From Macrostomum lignano (lineage: Eukaryota): a stretch of DNA of 64,000 nt. The translations under genes were made by a program, and so were the position numbers. This document shows positions 1-12,715 of this stretch, piece after piece; positions within the stretch are counted from its first letter, which is position 1; every line of letters begins with the position of its first letter. The stretch lies in NCBI GenBank assembly GCA_002269645.1, contig NIVC01002130.1, positions 1 through 64,000 on the forward strand, written 5' to 3'. Below the pieces are notes generated by a model. It was not told the origin of the DNA and ran no database searches. It worked only from the letters and a program-made list of their open reading frames with translations.

Positions 1-360
1 CGCAGTGAATCAGATTCCCTATTTTATCATGCCGAAACTTGCTTAGCGCAAGTCAGCAGCTCAGCTCCGGGGGGGGGGCCTTCGTGACTGCTCAACTGCT
101 GACTTATTGGCCTTTTTCTGTTCATTTCTGAGTCCCCTCCCTGTCCACACGGATCAATAACCTGCGAGAGTTCGTCTAGCGCTCCCTCCCCCTGCCACCT
201 TGCCTGCAAGGGCTGACAAAATCAAATCTTCCAACTATAGCGAGTCTACTTGAGTATAGTTGCCGCGATTTCTATTTCTCTCTGAGTAGAATTCCATTGG
301 TAGCTTTTAGACTCATTCGGCTGAGCCAGCCATGCGGTTTCTCGTCAGATGTCATATTTT

Positions 361-2680
361 TTCTCTCTCCCACACTCTCTCCCACACTCTCTCCCATACT
401 CTCTCCAACGATCCCTCCTACACACTCTCCACACTCTCTTCCACATCTCTCATCACACTCTCTCCCACGCTCCTCCCACACTCTCTACCACACTCTCTCC
501 AATACGATCCCTCACACTCTCTCCCCACTCTCTCCCACCCACACATCTTCCCACAGTCTATCCCACACAGTCTATCCCACACAGTCTATCCCACACAGTC
601 TATCCACACAGTCTATCCCACACAGTATATTCCACACAATCTATCCCACACAGTCTATCCCACACAGTCTATCCCACACAGTCTATCCCACACAGTCTAT
701 CCCACACTCTATCCCACACAGTCTATCCCACACAGTCTATCCCACACAGTCTATCTACACAATCTCTCCCACAGTCTATCCCACACAGTCTATCCTACAC
801 AATCTCTCCCACAGTCTATCCTACACAGTCTATCCCACACAGTCTATCCCACACAGTCTATCCCACACAGTCTATCCCACACAGTCTATCCACACAGTCT
901 ATCCCACACAGTCTATCCCACACAGTCTATCCTACACAATCTATCCCACACAGTCTATCCCACACAGTCTATCCCATACAGTCTATCCCATACAGTCTAT
1001 CCCACACAGTCTATCCCACACAGTCTATCCCACACAGTCTATCCCACACAGTATATCCACACAATCTATCCCACACAGTCTATCCCACACAGTCTATCCC
1101 ACACAGTCTATCCCACACAGTCTATCCCACACAGTCTATCCCACACAGTCTATCCCACACAGTCTATCCACACAGTCTATCCTACACAATCTCTCCCACA
1201 GTCTATCCCACACAGTCTATCCTACACAATCTCTCCACAGTCTATCCTACACAGTCTATCCCACACAGTCTATCCCACACAGTCTATCCCACACAGTCTA
1301 TCCCACACAATCTCTCCCACAGTCTATCCCACACAGTCTATCCCACACAGTCTATCCCACACAGTCTATCCCACACAGTCTATCCCACACAGTCTATCCC
1401 ACACAATCTCTCCCACAGTCTATCCCACACAGTCTATCCCACACAGTCTATCCCACACAGTCTATCCCACACAGTCTATCCCACACAGTCTATCCCACAC
1501 AGTCTATCCCACACAGTCTATCCCACACAGTCTATCCTACACAATCTATCCCACACAGTCTATCCCACACAGTCTATCCCATACAGTCTATCCCATACAG
1601 TCTATCCCACACAGTCTATCCCACACAGTCTATCCCACACAGTCTATCCTACACAATCTATCCCACACAGTCTATCCCACACAGTCTATCCCATACAGTC
1701 TATCCCATACAGTCTATCCCACACAGTCTATCCCACACAGTCTATCCCACACAGTCTATCCCACACAGTCTATCCCACACAGTCTATCCCACACAGTCTA
1801 TCCCACACAGTCTATCCTACACATCTATCCCACACAGTCTATCCCACACAATCTATCCCACACAGTCTATCCCACACAGTCTATCCCACACAGTCTATCC
1901 CACACAGTCTATCCCACACAGTCTATCCCACACAGTCTATCCCACACAGTCTATCCCACACAGTCTATCCCACACAGTCTATCCCACACAGTCTATCCTA
2001 CACAATCTATCCCACACAGTCTATCCCACACAGTCTATCCCATACAGTCTATCCCATACAGTCTATCCCACACAGTCTATCCCACACAGTCTATCCCACA
2101 CAGTCTATCCCACACAGTCTATCCCACACAGTCTATCCCACACAGTCTATCCTACACAATCTATCCCACACAGTCTATCCCACACAGTCTATCCCATACA
2201 GTCTATCCCATACAGTCTATCCCACACAGTCTATCCCACACAGTCTATCCCACACAGTCTATCCCACACAGTCTATCCCACACAGTCTATCCTACACAGT
2301 CTATCCCACACAGTCTATCCTACACAGTCTATCCCACACAGTCTATCCCACACAGTCTATCCCACACAGTCTATCCCACACAGTCTATCCCACACAGTCT
2401 ATCCTACACAGTCTATCCCACACAGTCTATCCACACAGTCTATCCCACACAGTCTATCCCACACAGTCTATCCCACACAGTCTATCCCACACAGTCTATC
2501 CCACACAGTCTATCCCACACAGTCTATCCCACACAGTCTATCCCACACAGTCTATCCCACACAGTCTATCCTACACAGTCTATCCCACACAGTCTATCCC
2601 ACACAGTCTATCCCACACAGTCTATCCCACACAGTCTATCCCACACAGTCTATCCCACACAGTCTATCCCACAGTCTATC
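361..2680. repeat. 14-bp minisatellite (CCCACACAGTCTAT)n, degenerate CT-rich left edge
   Basis: Tandem unit read directly. No stop codon in any + frame, which explains the 811-881 aa ORFs. Confidence 0.97.
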
Positions 2681-2716
2681 AGAGCCAGCTCAGCAACAGT
2701 TATCCAGCTCACTCAC

Positions 2717-2780
2717 CGCCGGTCTCCCTCTCCGCTTGGAGGCTGCGCAGCCTTTCCTTGTTGCGCAGCCGCTCCGCCGC
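2717..2780 (-). CDS. KIAA1549/UPF0606-like membrane protein, cytoplasmic-tail exon (AAERLRNKERLRSLQAERETG)
   Basis: Strong acceptor (ttctttgccccgactgtctttcag) and donor (GCG|GTGAGT), phase 0 to 1. RNKxRLR resembles a motif I recall from the KIAA1549 tail. Exons between 8440 and 2780 and below 2717 are not resolved. Confidence 0.6.
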
Positions 2781-3229
2781 CTGAAAGACAGTCGGGGCAA
2801 AGAATGCAACAAAAATTCGTTTCACCTTTCAAAAAAGCATACACACACAAGGACAGATACAATAGACGTAGGGGGATTTTCGCTACAGCATAAAGCCCGG
2901 GAGCCCCCCATGAGACCTGTGATTATTGAAAGGCGAAGCTGAGGCCCTGCCATTAGCCCCATCCGCTCCACCCCCATTTAACCAAGTGATGGATGACCTG
3001 AAAGATGGGAATAAACGAGTTCCATCTGTTTTTTTTGCTTTTCTGTCCGGCTTGCTTTGCTAATTAGTCTGCTGGCCACGGGGGTGCAGCCGGGCTTCTA
3101 AGGGCTTGAAGAAGGGCGCGAGGTGAACTTTGCATTTTTTGAGCGAAAGCTGCTTTTAGAAATGCTTTTTAAATGCATTTCTATTGCTTGTTTTTAGAGC
3201 GAGTTTCTCAAGGTTGTTGAGCTGTTCAC

Positions 3230-4020
3230 GGTGAGATTTCCATAGTTACTGAGTTGTTGAAAGTGAGATTTCCAAGCTTACTGAGTGGTTGAGTGTGAGG
3301 TTTCCAAGCTTACTGAGTGGTTGAGTGTGAGGTTTCCAAGCTTACTGAGTGGTTGAGTGTGAGGTTTCCAAGCTTACTGAGTAGTTGAGTGTGAGGTTTC
3401 CATGGTTACTGAGTAGTTGAGTGTGAGATTTCCATGGTTACTGAGTTGTTGAAAGTGAGATTTCCAAGCTTACTGAGTGGTTGAGTGTGAGGTTTCCAAG
3501 CTTACTGAGTGGTTGAGTGTGAGGTTTCCAAGCTTACTGAGTGGTTGAGTGTGAGGTTTCCAAGCTTACTGAGTAGTTGAGTGTGAGGTTTCCATGGTTA
3601 CTGAGTAGTTGAGTGTGAGATTTCCATGGTTACTGAGTGGTTGAGTGTGAGGTTTCCATGGTTACTGAGTGGTTGAGTGTGAGATTTCCATAGTTACTGA
3701 GTTGTTGAAAGTGAGATTTCCAAGCTTACTGAGTGGTTGAGTGTGAGGTTTCCAAGCTTACTGAGTGGTTGAGTGTGAGGTTTCCAAGCTTACTGAGTGG
3801 TTGAGTGTGAGGTTTCCAAGCTTACTGAGTAGTTGAGTGTGAGGTTTCCATGGTTACTGAGTAGTTGAGTGTGAGATTTCCATGGTTACTGAGTGGTTGA
3901 GTGTGAGGTTTCCATGGTTACTGAGTGGTTGAGTGTGAGATTTCCATGGTTACTGAGTTGTTGAATGTGAGATTTCAAGCTTACTATGTGGTTAAGTGTA
4001 AGATTTCCAAGATTACTGAG
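3230..4020. repeat. 32-bp minisatellite (GAGTGTGAGGTTTCCAAGCTTACTGAGTGGTT)n
   Basis: Tandem unit with CCAAGCTT/CCATGGTT variants. Confidence 0.95.
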
Positions 4021-4342
4021 GGATAGGTGTAGTTTTTATGAGGAATAATAAATCAATTCTCTAACATACTGCCTCTGTATTAATTTCCTGTGAATGATAA
4101 ATACTCGCTAAGCTCAGACTGATTTTTTTAATCCTCTCGCAAAGAAATATTTTCACAAAATAGGGAATTAAACTTGATAAAAATATGCTTGCCAGAAATT
4201 AACGAGATTATCACGGTATGAAAAAGCGGGCTAAATGACATTGAAAATATGTAAAACTCGTGACTAATTAAGGGAAAAACTAACTCAATGGAGATCGCTG
4301 AACAGATTTCACGAATTCTTGCTCTACGAGAATCGCTGCCCC

Positions 4343-4790
4343 CATGACGTCACTAGCCCCCCATGACATCATTAGCCACCCATGACGTCACTAGCCCCCC
4401 CCATGACATCATTAGCCACCCATGACGTCACTAGCCCCCCATGACATCATTAGCCACCCATGACGTCACTAGCCCCCTATGACATCATTAGCCACCCATG
4501 ACGTCACTAGCCCCCATGATATCATTAGCCACCCATGACGTCACTAGCCCCCCCACGACATCATTAGCCACCCATGACGTCACTAGCCCCCATGATATCA
4601 ATAGCCCCCATGACATCACTAGCCCCACATATCAATAGCCCCCACATGAAATCACTAGCCCCCTATGACATCACTAGCCCCACATATCAATAGCCCCCAC
4701 ATGAAATCACTAGCCCCCATGACATCACTAGCCCCCCATGACATCACTATAGCCCCCCATGACATCAGTAGCCTTACATGACATCACTAA
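4343..4790. repeat. 19-20-bp minisatellite with alternating TGACGTCA/TGACATCA subunits
   Basis: catgacgtcactagcccccc / catgacatcattagccacc dimers. Confidence 0.93.
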
Positions 4791-5430
4791 ATACATAAAC
4801 CTACCGATATGTTGAGCAATACACACAATCAAGCCGCAGTTCTATACTAATACAAAAATTTCTCATACTGTCTGCGTCCCCTTTTACTCAATCAATGCAT
4901 TTGCATAGATCTGTCTGGCACACTCAAAAAACCCCAAGAGATCTCGGTGTCTTTGATGACATCGGCGGCTGTGCAGATTTTGGCGGTCGGGGACGCACTT
5001 GAAAGAGGATGAGTCATCCTCTCCAACCAGATGCTTCAAGGGGCTAGCTATAGAACCCCAGAGTCAGTCGCAAACAGACAGACAGCTGAGATGGGGAGTC
5101 TGGGGACGTAATGGCGGATGGTGGTAGCCGGGGCAAACAACTCATTACCGATGTTGAGGAAGGGGGAAAGGAGGGGCGGCATCTTTGCATTTGAGTAGGG
5201 ATACGCACACACACACACACACATACACACACCTCCTCAAGGGAATCCCCCTGTATTCCCGATCCATCTGTGTGTGTTAGTGGCAGTTCCAGTGTCAACT
5301 CCCCTTGCATGCCATGCATAAAATATTCTGCAGAATAGCTTCCCTTATCTCTGCCTGTCTGTCTCTCTGAGCAGAGATACATTTTGTTTCTGCGCGACGA
5401 GACCGGAATCTGTGCCATGCCGAGAGTGTC

Positions 5431-5500
5431 TGCATGTAGTATAGGGGTGGAGCAGCTCTCGCTCGGGCCACGACCTAGGTTCGATTCCGTGCACCGGCAA
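5431..5500 (+). pseudogene. degenerate tRNA-like sequence / SINE head
   Basis: A-box-like TAGTATAGGGGT and perfect B box GGTTCGATTCC (5478-5488). Stems pair poorly, so not a functional tRNA. Confidence 0.45.
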
Positions 5501-6074
5501 AATTCACTTTCTAAGAAAGCGGTTTTCTAAGAAATGCCGCCCTGGAATTCTCGACAAGCCCGAGCGCAGGGACTTCTGAATAGACTTGGACTGGAATGGA
5601 ATTTGGCCGGACATAAGGTAGCTTTTGACCATCGATTTCGGATCTCGCCTTCCGTTTCCAATCCAAGTATTCAAAGGTCCCTGGCCTGGGTCTCTTTTTC
5701 TCCAATCTGAATTCACAGTGAATTGAAGGCAAGCTTCTCGCAGTGCTGGCGGGTTTCGCACTGGAGGAGGGGGGAAACCGTGACCTCAGGGGAACCCATG
5801 CGGGTGACGAGTCCATGTATTAATTGAATTCACACAGCTGCTGTCCCCTGCTCACCCCTCAGATGCATTGCTATTTGCAGGCTGCTGGTGACAGCGGTGC
5901 GAGCTCAAGCTTTGGGAATATGAATTATTGCGTATACTGATGCCGATATGATGCTGACACTCTGATTGAGCTTTGAGCAGCTGAGCCCAAGGGAGAATTT
6001 TACTAGGAATTGATTTTATCCCAAAATATTGAGAGATTTGTATAAAAATGCTATCATTTCCTGTCTGCTAATAG

Positions 6075-6142
6075 GTGCTTCGGTGGCCGAGAGGCCTACA
6101 GTGTCGGTCTGCTGTGCTATAGGGCTCAGGCTCGAGTCACAA
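6075..6142 (+). pseudogene. degenerate tRNA-like head seeding the adjacent array
   Basis: A-box-like TGGCCGAGAGG and B-box-like GGCTCGAGTC. Its 3' part aligns with the unit of the 6143-6802 array. Confidence 0.45.
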
Positions 6143-6802
6143 GGTGTCATACCATATACGCTAGGTCCCGGATTAGAGAGCTCAGGTGTCATCTAGGTCC
6201 CGGGTTCGAGAGCTCCATGTGTCATCTAGGTCCCGGATTAGAGAGCTCAGGTGTCATCTAGGTCCCGGATTAGAGAGCTCAGGTGTCATCTAGGTCCCGG
6301 GTTCGAGAGCTCAGGTGTCATCTAGGTCCCAGGTTCGAGAGCTCCATGTGTCATGTAGGTCCCGGGTTCGAGAGCTCAGGTGTCATCTAGGTCCCGGGTT
6401 CGAGAGCTCAGCTGTCATCTAGGTCCCGGGTTCGAGAGCTCAGGTGTCATCTAGGTCCCGGGTTCGAGAGCTCAGGTGTCATATAGGTCCCGGGTTCGAG
6501 AGCTCCATGTGTCATCTAGGTCCCGGGTTCGAGAGCTCCATGTGTCATCTAGGTCCCGGGTTCGAGAGCTCCATGTGTCATCTAGGTCCCGGGTTCGAGA
6601 GCTCCATGTGTCATCTAGGTCCCGGGTTCGAGAGGTCCATGTGTCATATAGGTCCCGGGTTCGAGAGCTCCAGTTGTCATATAGGTCCCGGGTTCGAGAG
6701 CTCAGGTGTCATCTAGGTCCCGGATTCGAGAGCTCCAGTTGTCATATAGGTCCCGGGTTCGAGAGCTCCAGGTGTCATCTAGCTCCCAGGTTCGAGAGCT
6801 CG
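6143..6802 (+). repeat. 32/33-bp minisatellite (GGTGTCATCTAGGTCCCGGGTTCGAGAGCTCA)n containing a tRNA variable-loop/T-arm motif
   Basis: Tandem unit. GGTCCCGGGTTCGA is typical tRNA T-arm sequence. Confidence 0.93.
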
Positions 6803-7539
6803 GGTATTAATTAGGCCGCGAGTTTTGCTCTATTTTAACTAGTTCTTTAACTAGGTGAGTAGACACATGCGAGCATTAATGGATGCAAATATTCACCCAT
6901 ATGCACAGGGCACAAGAATTGCCTGAGTCCCGTTCCTGTTACTGCAGCCAGCAACTGGATAAAAATCACTATTCACTTAGTGGAACTTTAGACACAGAAT
7001 CGAGTCCCAGCAGCTTGCAATAGGAAATATGACGGATAGACAGGCTTCCCTATCTGCTCATAAGGGCGAATCTAATTTCAAGCCAGCCTCTCCTTCCCAG
7101 CTCCATCGCGCGGAAACTCCATTAACTCAGCGCCCAGCAGAAGGGCTCTGAGATTTCGTTTAGGAAATTTTTTCCCACATTCCAAGAACTTATTTAGCGT
7201 TTTTCGATACACATGTTGGTAATCGGAGCGATCTGCATTAATGCTCGAGCCTATGACAACAGAATTAGGCAAAATTCCGAGAAACCAATAATAAATTATA
7301 GCAATCGCACCATTCTACTAAAACATTTTACCATTATTGTTTTTGAAAAGTTGAATTCCTATTCCCGGAAATCAATATGAATTCTAAGAAACCAGTTTAA
7401 ATTGCACTAAATTAGTAGCAGTTCGGAAATATTAGTTTGATTTATACCATAGGAAAGAATTATTTTACTAATTCCAACAAATTCTGAAAAATAGATGACG
7501 ATTCGAGGAATGAATTCGTAAAAAATATGCCCATTCTAA

Positions 7540-8290
7540 GAAATCAATTCTAAGAAAGCTCTAATCATTCCAAGAAATCAATTCTACGAGTAAGAAATCT
7601 CTGACCCATTCTAAGAAATCAATTCTAAGAAATCTCTACCCATTCCAAGAAATCAATTCTAAGAAATCTCTACCCATTCCAAGAAATCTATTCTAAGAAA
7701 TCTCTACCCATTCCAAGAAATCAATTCTAAGAAGTCTCTACCCATTCCAAGAAATCAATTCTAAGAAATCTCTACTCATACCAAGAAATCGATTTTAAGA
7801 AATCTCTGACCCATTCTAAGAAATCAATTCTAAGAAATCTCTACCCATTCCAAGAAATCAATCCTAAGAAGTCTCTACCCATTCCAAGAAATCAATTCTA
7901 AGAAATCTCTACTCATACCAAGAAATCGATTTTAAGAAATCTCTGACCCATTCTAAGAAATCAATTCTAAGAAATCTCTACCCATTCCAAGAAATCAATC
8001 CTAAGAAGTCTCTACCCATTCCAAGAAATCAATTCTAAGAAATCTCTACTCATACCAAGAAATCGATTTTAAGAAATCTCTGACCCATTCTAAGAAATCA
8101 ATTCTAAGAAATCTCTACCCATTCCAAGAAATCAATTCTAAGAAACCTCTACCCATTCCAAGAAATCAATTCTTAGAAATCTTTAGCCATTCTAAGAAAT
8201 CAATTCTAATAAATCTCTACCCATTCCAAGAAATAAATTCTTAGAAATCTTTAGCCATTCCAAGAAATCAATGCTAAGAAATCTCTACCA
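7540..8290. repeat. 34-bp minisatellite (TTCTAAGAAATCTCTACCCATTCCAAGAAATCAA)n
   Basis: Tandem unit made of two related halves, each with TTCnnnGAA. Confidence 0.95.
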
Positions 8291-8439
8291 ATTATATAAA
8301 ATCTATGCTAAAATTGATATTTTTCTACAGTTCTAACAAAATCTATTCAAATTCCAAGCAACCAAAACTTGTTTTTCTAAGAAAGAAATCACTACCGATT
8401 ACAAGAAATCAATCTAGCTAAATTCAAATTCGAGCTCAC

Positions 8440-8483
8440 GCTGTGCTGCCTGCCGCTGCTCCTGCCCGGCTCAAGCGGGTGAT
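8440..8483 (-). CDS. KIAA1549-like gene, small exon (DHPLEPGRSSGRQHS)
   Basis: Acceptor cctcccttgcttttctag, donor GTGAGC. Phase 1 to 0 matches the neighbouring exons. Confidence 0.55.
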
Positions 8484-8772
8484 CTAGAAAAGCAAGGGAG
8501 GTTGGATGCGAGGATGAACAGACTGCAGAATCCTTGCAGCTTTAATAGCTTGCATAGTTGGACAAGCTACTTACCAACCTAAAACTGCTACCCAACAACA
8601 AAAACTATGGGGAACAGGCAAACACAGCAGGGCATTTTCTCTGTCCAGACGCCCTGTTGCCACCGCCTTTCAAGTGCGATTGCAATTCGCCCAAATCCCA
8701 CTCTATGAGAGCCAGAGATTCTCCCACAGTCCGTCTGCCCCTCTCTCCGCCTACACCCTGACCTTTACTTAC

Positions 8773-9158
8773 CATTCGGTCCGTTGGTAGCGGCAGAGTT
8801 CATCTGAGGACACCGGCGCAGCTGCACTTGTTCCTCCAGAGCTGCTGCTGCCGATGCTGCTTCGGTGCTGTTTGACTGTTCAACTGGACTCGAACTTGGA
8901 GCCGAAGTTGTTGGAGTTGACTGGTGCTGCGGCTGGTGCTGCGGCTGGTGCTGCGGCTGGTGCTGCGGCTGGTGCTGCGGCTGGTGCTGCTGGTTGTGCC
9001 AGCCGAGCACCAGTTCGCACATGTGCGCCTCAAGCCGCCTGGTGACCTGATCGGCGATGGCCTCGATGCCGGCTGCGCTGTAGCTGATCTTCGGATTCTG
9101 CCAGTCGCGTGCGGGGGGGGGGTTGGAGGGTTGGGGTTCGAATCTGACCTGCTGGAAA
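8773..9158 (-). CDS. KIAA1549-like gene, low-complexity cytoplasmic exon with (QHQP)n repeat
   Basis: Acceptor ttttcttttgttctgccccccacag, donor AATG|GTAAGT, open frame, phase 2 to 1. Confidence 0.65.
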
Positions 9159-9224
9159 CTGTGGGGGGCAGAACAAAAGAAAATAATATCAGTGACCATC
9201 AAGTCTAGAGACCCCAGTTCCCAG

Positions 9225-9790
9225 ACCCCAGAATCCCTGTTCGCGTTTAGAGATCCTAGTGCCCCACCCGCCTAGAAATCCCGATTCGCTATAGAGATCC
9301 CGGTTCCCTATAGAGATTCCGATTCCCTATAGAGATCCTGGTTCCCTATAGGGATCCCGATTCCCTATAGAGATCCCGATTCCCTATAGAGATCCCGATT
9401 CCCTATAGAGATCCCGATTCCCTATAGAGATCCCGATTCCCTATATAGATCCCGATTCCCTATAGAGATCCCGATTCCCTATATAGATCCCGATTCCCTA
9501 TAGAGATCCCGATTCCCTATAGAGATCCCGATTCCCTATAGAGATCCCGGTTCCCTATAGAGATCCCGGTTCCCTATAGAGATCCCGATTCCCTACAAAG
9601 ATCCTAGTGCCCCCCCCCCTAGAAATCCTGATTCCCTCTAGAGATCCCAGTATTCCCTTTAGAGATCCCGAATCCCTCTAGAGGTCTTAGTGCCCATCTC
9701 TAGAGAGTGCCGAGAGATCTGACCGAACCCCTCTTGAGATCTCTAATCTCTCTAGAGATCCCGATTCAGTCTAGAGATCCTAGCGTTCCC
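9225..9790. repeat. 19-bp minisatellite (CTATAGAGATCCCGATTCC)n
   Basis: Tandem unit with degenerate edges. Confidence 0.94.
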
Positions 9791-9916
9791 TGTTATCGGT
9801 TCCTGGAATATAAAAAAGTATCTAATTTAGGCGCATACGGGCCCACTCACATGGCTGTCGCCAGGAAGGTGAGCACTTGGGACAGAGAGTTGCGGAGTGC
9901 GTCACCACTCGACACT

Positions 9917-9929
9917 GAGAGAGAGAGAA

Positions 9930-9982
<53 letters not shown>
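9917..9982. repeat. (GA)n microsatellite
   Basis: Direct. Confidence 0.97.
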
Positions 9983-9986
<4 letters not shown>

Positions 9987-10207
9987 CCATACAATACCTG
10001 GCACCTTTTACTAGCCCAATAAAATCACCCACTCCTAGGCTGTCACTGATCGATTTAATTCTACTTTTCTTTCCCTGCTCCGAGTCGGCTCGACCTTCTC
10101 TCTCCCCCCACCTCACCCCCAGAGACGATGGGGTAAATTTCCTTTGCTCAATTTCGCTTCACCTGACATGCCGTGTGCAAGAAGGTGGCGAGCCTCTCAA
10201 AACTTAC

Positions 10208-10272
10208 AGGTTCGTTTTGTCCTCCGTGAAATAGCTCGAGGAGGCCTTACAGCCAGAGTGAACTGGCAAATC
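10208..10272 (-). CDS. KIAA1549-like gene, small exon (DLPVHSGCKASSSYFTEDKTN)
   Basis: Acceptor tttgtctgaacacag, donor GTAAGT. Phase 0 to 2 bridges the 14566 donor and the 9158 acceptor. Confidence 0.55.
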
Positions 10273-10512
10273 CTGTGTTCAGACAAATTTAGGCTGACTG
10301 CAGTCTGCCTGAGCACTGGCCAGTTTGGCAAGGATTGCTTTTGCTTTAGGCACCCTGGAGGCCACCTTGAAACAGCTGCCGAAAAGAAAGGCGTATGGAA
10401 TTTGAAAGTGTATCTACACTCGCAGCTCTTGAGATTAGAGCAGAGGTAGGCAAATTTTTTGCCTTGAGGGCCAGATAGAGAACCTAAAGCGCATGGCTGC
10501 GGGCCAGAGGAG

Positions 10513-11369
10513 GGGCGAGAGGAGATGAAATTGAGAAGAAAAGGGAAGAAGAGAAGAGAAATAGGAGAAAGAAGAGAAGAGAGAATAAAAGAGAGAGGAG
10601 AGGAGAGGAGAGGAGAGGAGAGGGGAGGAGAGGAGAGGAGAGGAGAAGAAGAGAGGAGAGGAGAGGAGGAGAGGAGAAGAAGAGAGGAGAGGAGAGGAGG
10701 AGAGGAGAGAAGAGGAGAGGAGAGAAGAGGAGAGGAGAGGAGAGGAGAGGAGAGAAGAGGAGAGGAGAGGAGAGGAGAGAAGAGGAGAGGAGAGAAGAGG
10801 AGAGGAGAGGAGAGGAGAGGAGAGGAGAGAAGAGGAGAGGAGAGGAGAGGAGAGGAGAGGAGAGGAGAGGAGAGGAGAGGAGAGGAGAGGAGAGGAGAGG
10901 AGAGGAGAGAGGAGAGGAGAGGAGAGAAGAGGAGAGGAGAGGAGAGAGAGGAGAGGAGAGGAGAGGAGAGGAGAGGAGAGGGAGGAGAGGAGAGAGAGGA
11001 GAGAGAGGAGAGGAGAGGAGAGGAGAGGAGAGGAGAGGAGAGGAGAGGAGAGAGGAGAGGAGAGGAGAGGAGAGGAGAGGAGAGAGGAGAGGAGAGGAGA
11101 GGAGAGGAGAGGAGAGGAGAGGAGAGGAGAGGAGAGGAGAGAGAGGAGAGGAGAGGAGAGGAGAGAGAGAGGAGGAGAGGAGAGGAGAGGAGAGGAGAGG
11201 AGAGGAGAGAGAGGAGAGGAGAGGAGAGGAGAGGAGAGGAGAGGAGAGGAGAGGAGAGGAGAGGAGAGGAGAGGAGAGGAGAGAAGAGGAGAGGAGAGGA
11301 GAGGAGAGGAGAGGAGAGGAGAGGAGAGGAGAGGAGAGGAGAGGAGAGAAGAGGAGAGGAGAGGAGAGG
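10513..11369. repeat. (GAGAG)n pentanucleotide polypurine tract
   Basis: Direct. Source of the SSPLL/EERRG ORFs. Confidence 0.97.
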
Positions 11370-11949
11370 GGCGCATTCCTGTTGTGAAGTTTCAAAGAAC
11401 CCAAGGGCCGAATAGAGAGGCCCAGGGGCCTTGCCGACCCCTGGCAGAGAGAGGCCCGCAGCCCACAGTTGCCGCGGTTGAGCGAGCACACGGAGAATGA
11501 GTGGGTAGGCTCTGAGCCCAGCTTTCACACGGCAACGGGCAAAGGTAAACGAAGTCAGTTCGAAGAAAAGACTGCAGTTAGTTCCGCGTCTAATTGCTAC
11601 ACAATAAAGTTCAGGACTGCGCATTTCTCTCTCGCCTCCCTCTGTGCGGCGTGTGTTGATTCTCTCTCGAAGGAGAAGAGAGACTTTTTTCTGACAAAAT
11701 TAAGCTGCCTCGAAGCCTAAGCGTGTTTGCTAGTTCAAATTTCACGGCTCAGTTACCCTTGTACGCCCTGGTTAAGCGTTGAGTTTAGCAAACATTAATT
11801 GGAGGCTTCTCAATGCCAAGTCTTTTTTACCTGGGCTGCTTTACGAGCGGAGTAGTTGTGGAAGCTCAAGGAGTGAAGGACTCAGTGAAGGATAATAAGG
11901 GAGCAGCGGGGGCACTCAGTGGAAGTCACCGATAGTTAAGCTAGTTACA

Positions 11950-12715
11950 GACAGTGACAGACAATTAGTGACACGACAACTAGTGACAGACACTCATTGA
12001 CAGGCACTCAGTGACAGGCACTCAGTGACAGGCACTCAGTGACAGGCAGACAATTAGAGACACGACAACTAGTGACAGGCACTCAGTGACAGGCACTCAG
12101 TGACAGGCACTCAGTGACAGGCAGACAATTAGAGACACGACAACTAGTGACAGACACTCATTGACAGGCACTCAGTGACAGGCACTCAGTGACAGGCACT
12201 CAGTGACAGGCAGACAATTAGAGACACGACAACTAGTGACAGACACTCATTGACAGGCACTCAGTGACAGGCACTCAGTGACAGGCACTCAGTGAAAGGC
12301 AGACAATTAGAGACACGACAACTAGTGACAGGCACTCAGTGACAGGCAATTACTGACAGACAGTCAGTGGCAGACACTCAGTGACGGACTCTCAGTGACG
12401 GACTGTCAGTGACAGACACTCAAGGACAGACACTCAGTGACGGACTCTCAGTGACAGACACTCAGTGACAGACACTCAGTGACGGACTCTCAGTGACGGA
12501 CTGTCAGTGACAGACACTCAAGGACAGACACTCAGTGACAGGCAATTACTGACGAACTCTCAGTGACGGACTGTCAGTGACAGACACTCAAGGACAGACA
12601 CTCAGGGACGGACTCTCAGTGACAGACACTCAGTGACAGACAATTAGTGACACAACAATTAGTGACACAACAATTAGTAACAGACAATTACTGACAGACA
12701 CTCAGTGACAGACAA
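11950..12715. repeat. 14-bp minisatellite (CAGTGACAGGCACT)n with interspersed gacaattagagacacgacaacta blocks
   Basis: Direct, with higher-order structure. Confidence 0.93.

Noticed and set aside
297-2942. Three overlapping 811-881 aa ORFs (SHTVYPTQSIPH repeats)
   Set aside because: Artefact of a stop-free 14-bp satellite open in all three frames, lying in an intron of the minus-strand gene.
5431-6142. Functional tRNA genes
   Set aside because: A/B boxes are present but acceptor, anticodon and T stems do not pair properly.
10197-11624. SSPLL/EERRG ORFs of 296-475 aa
   Set aside because: Translation of (GAGAG)n.
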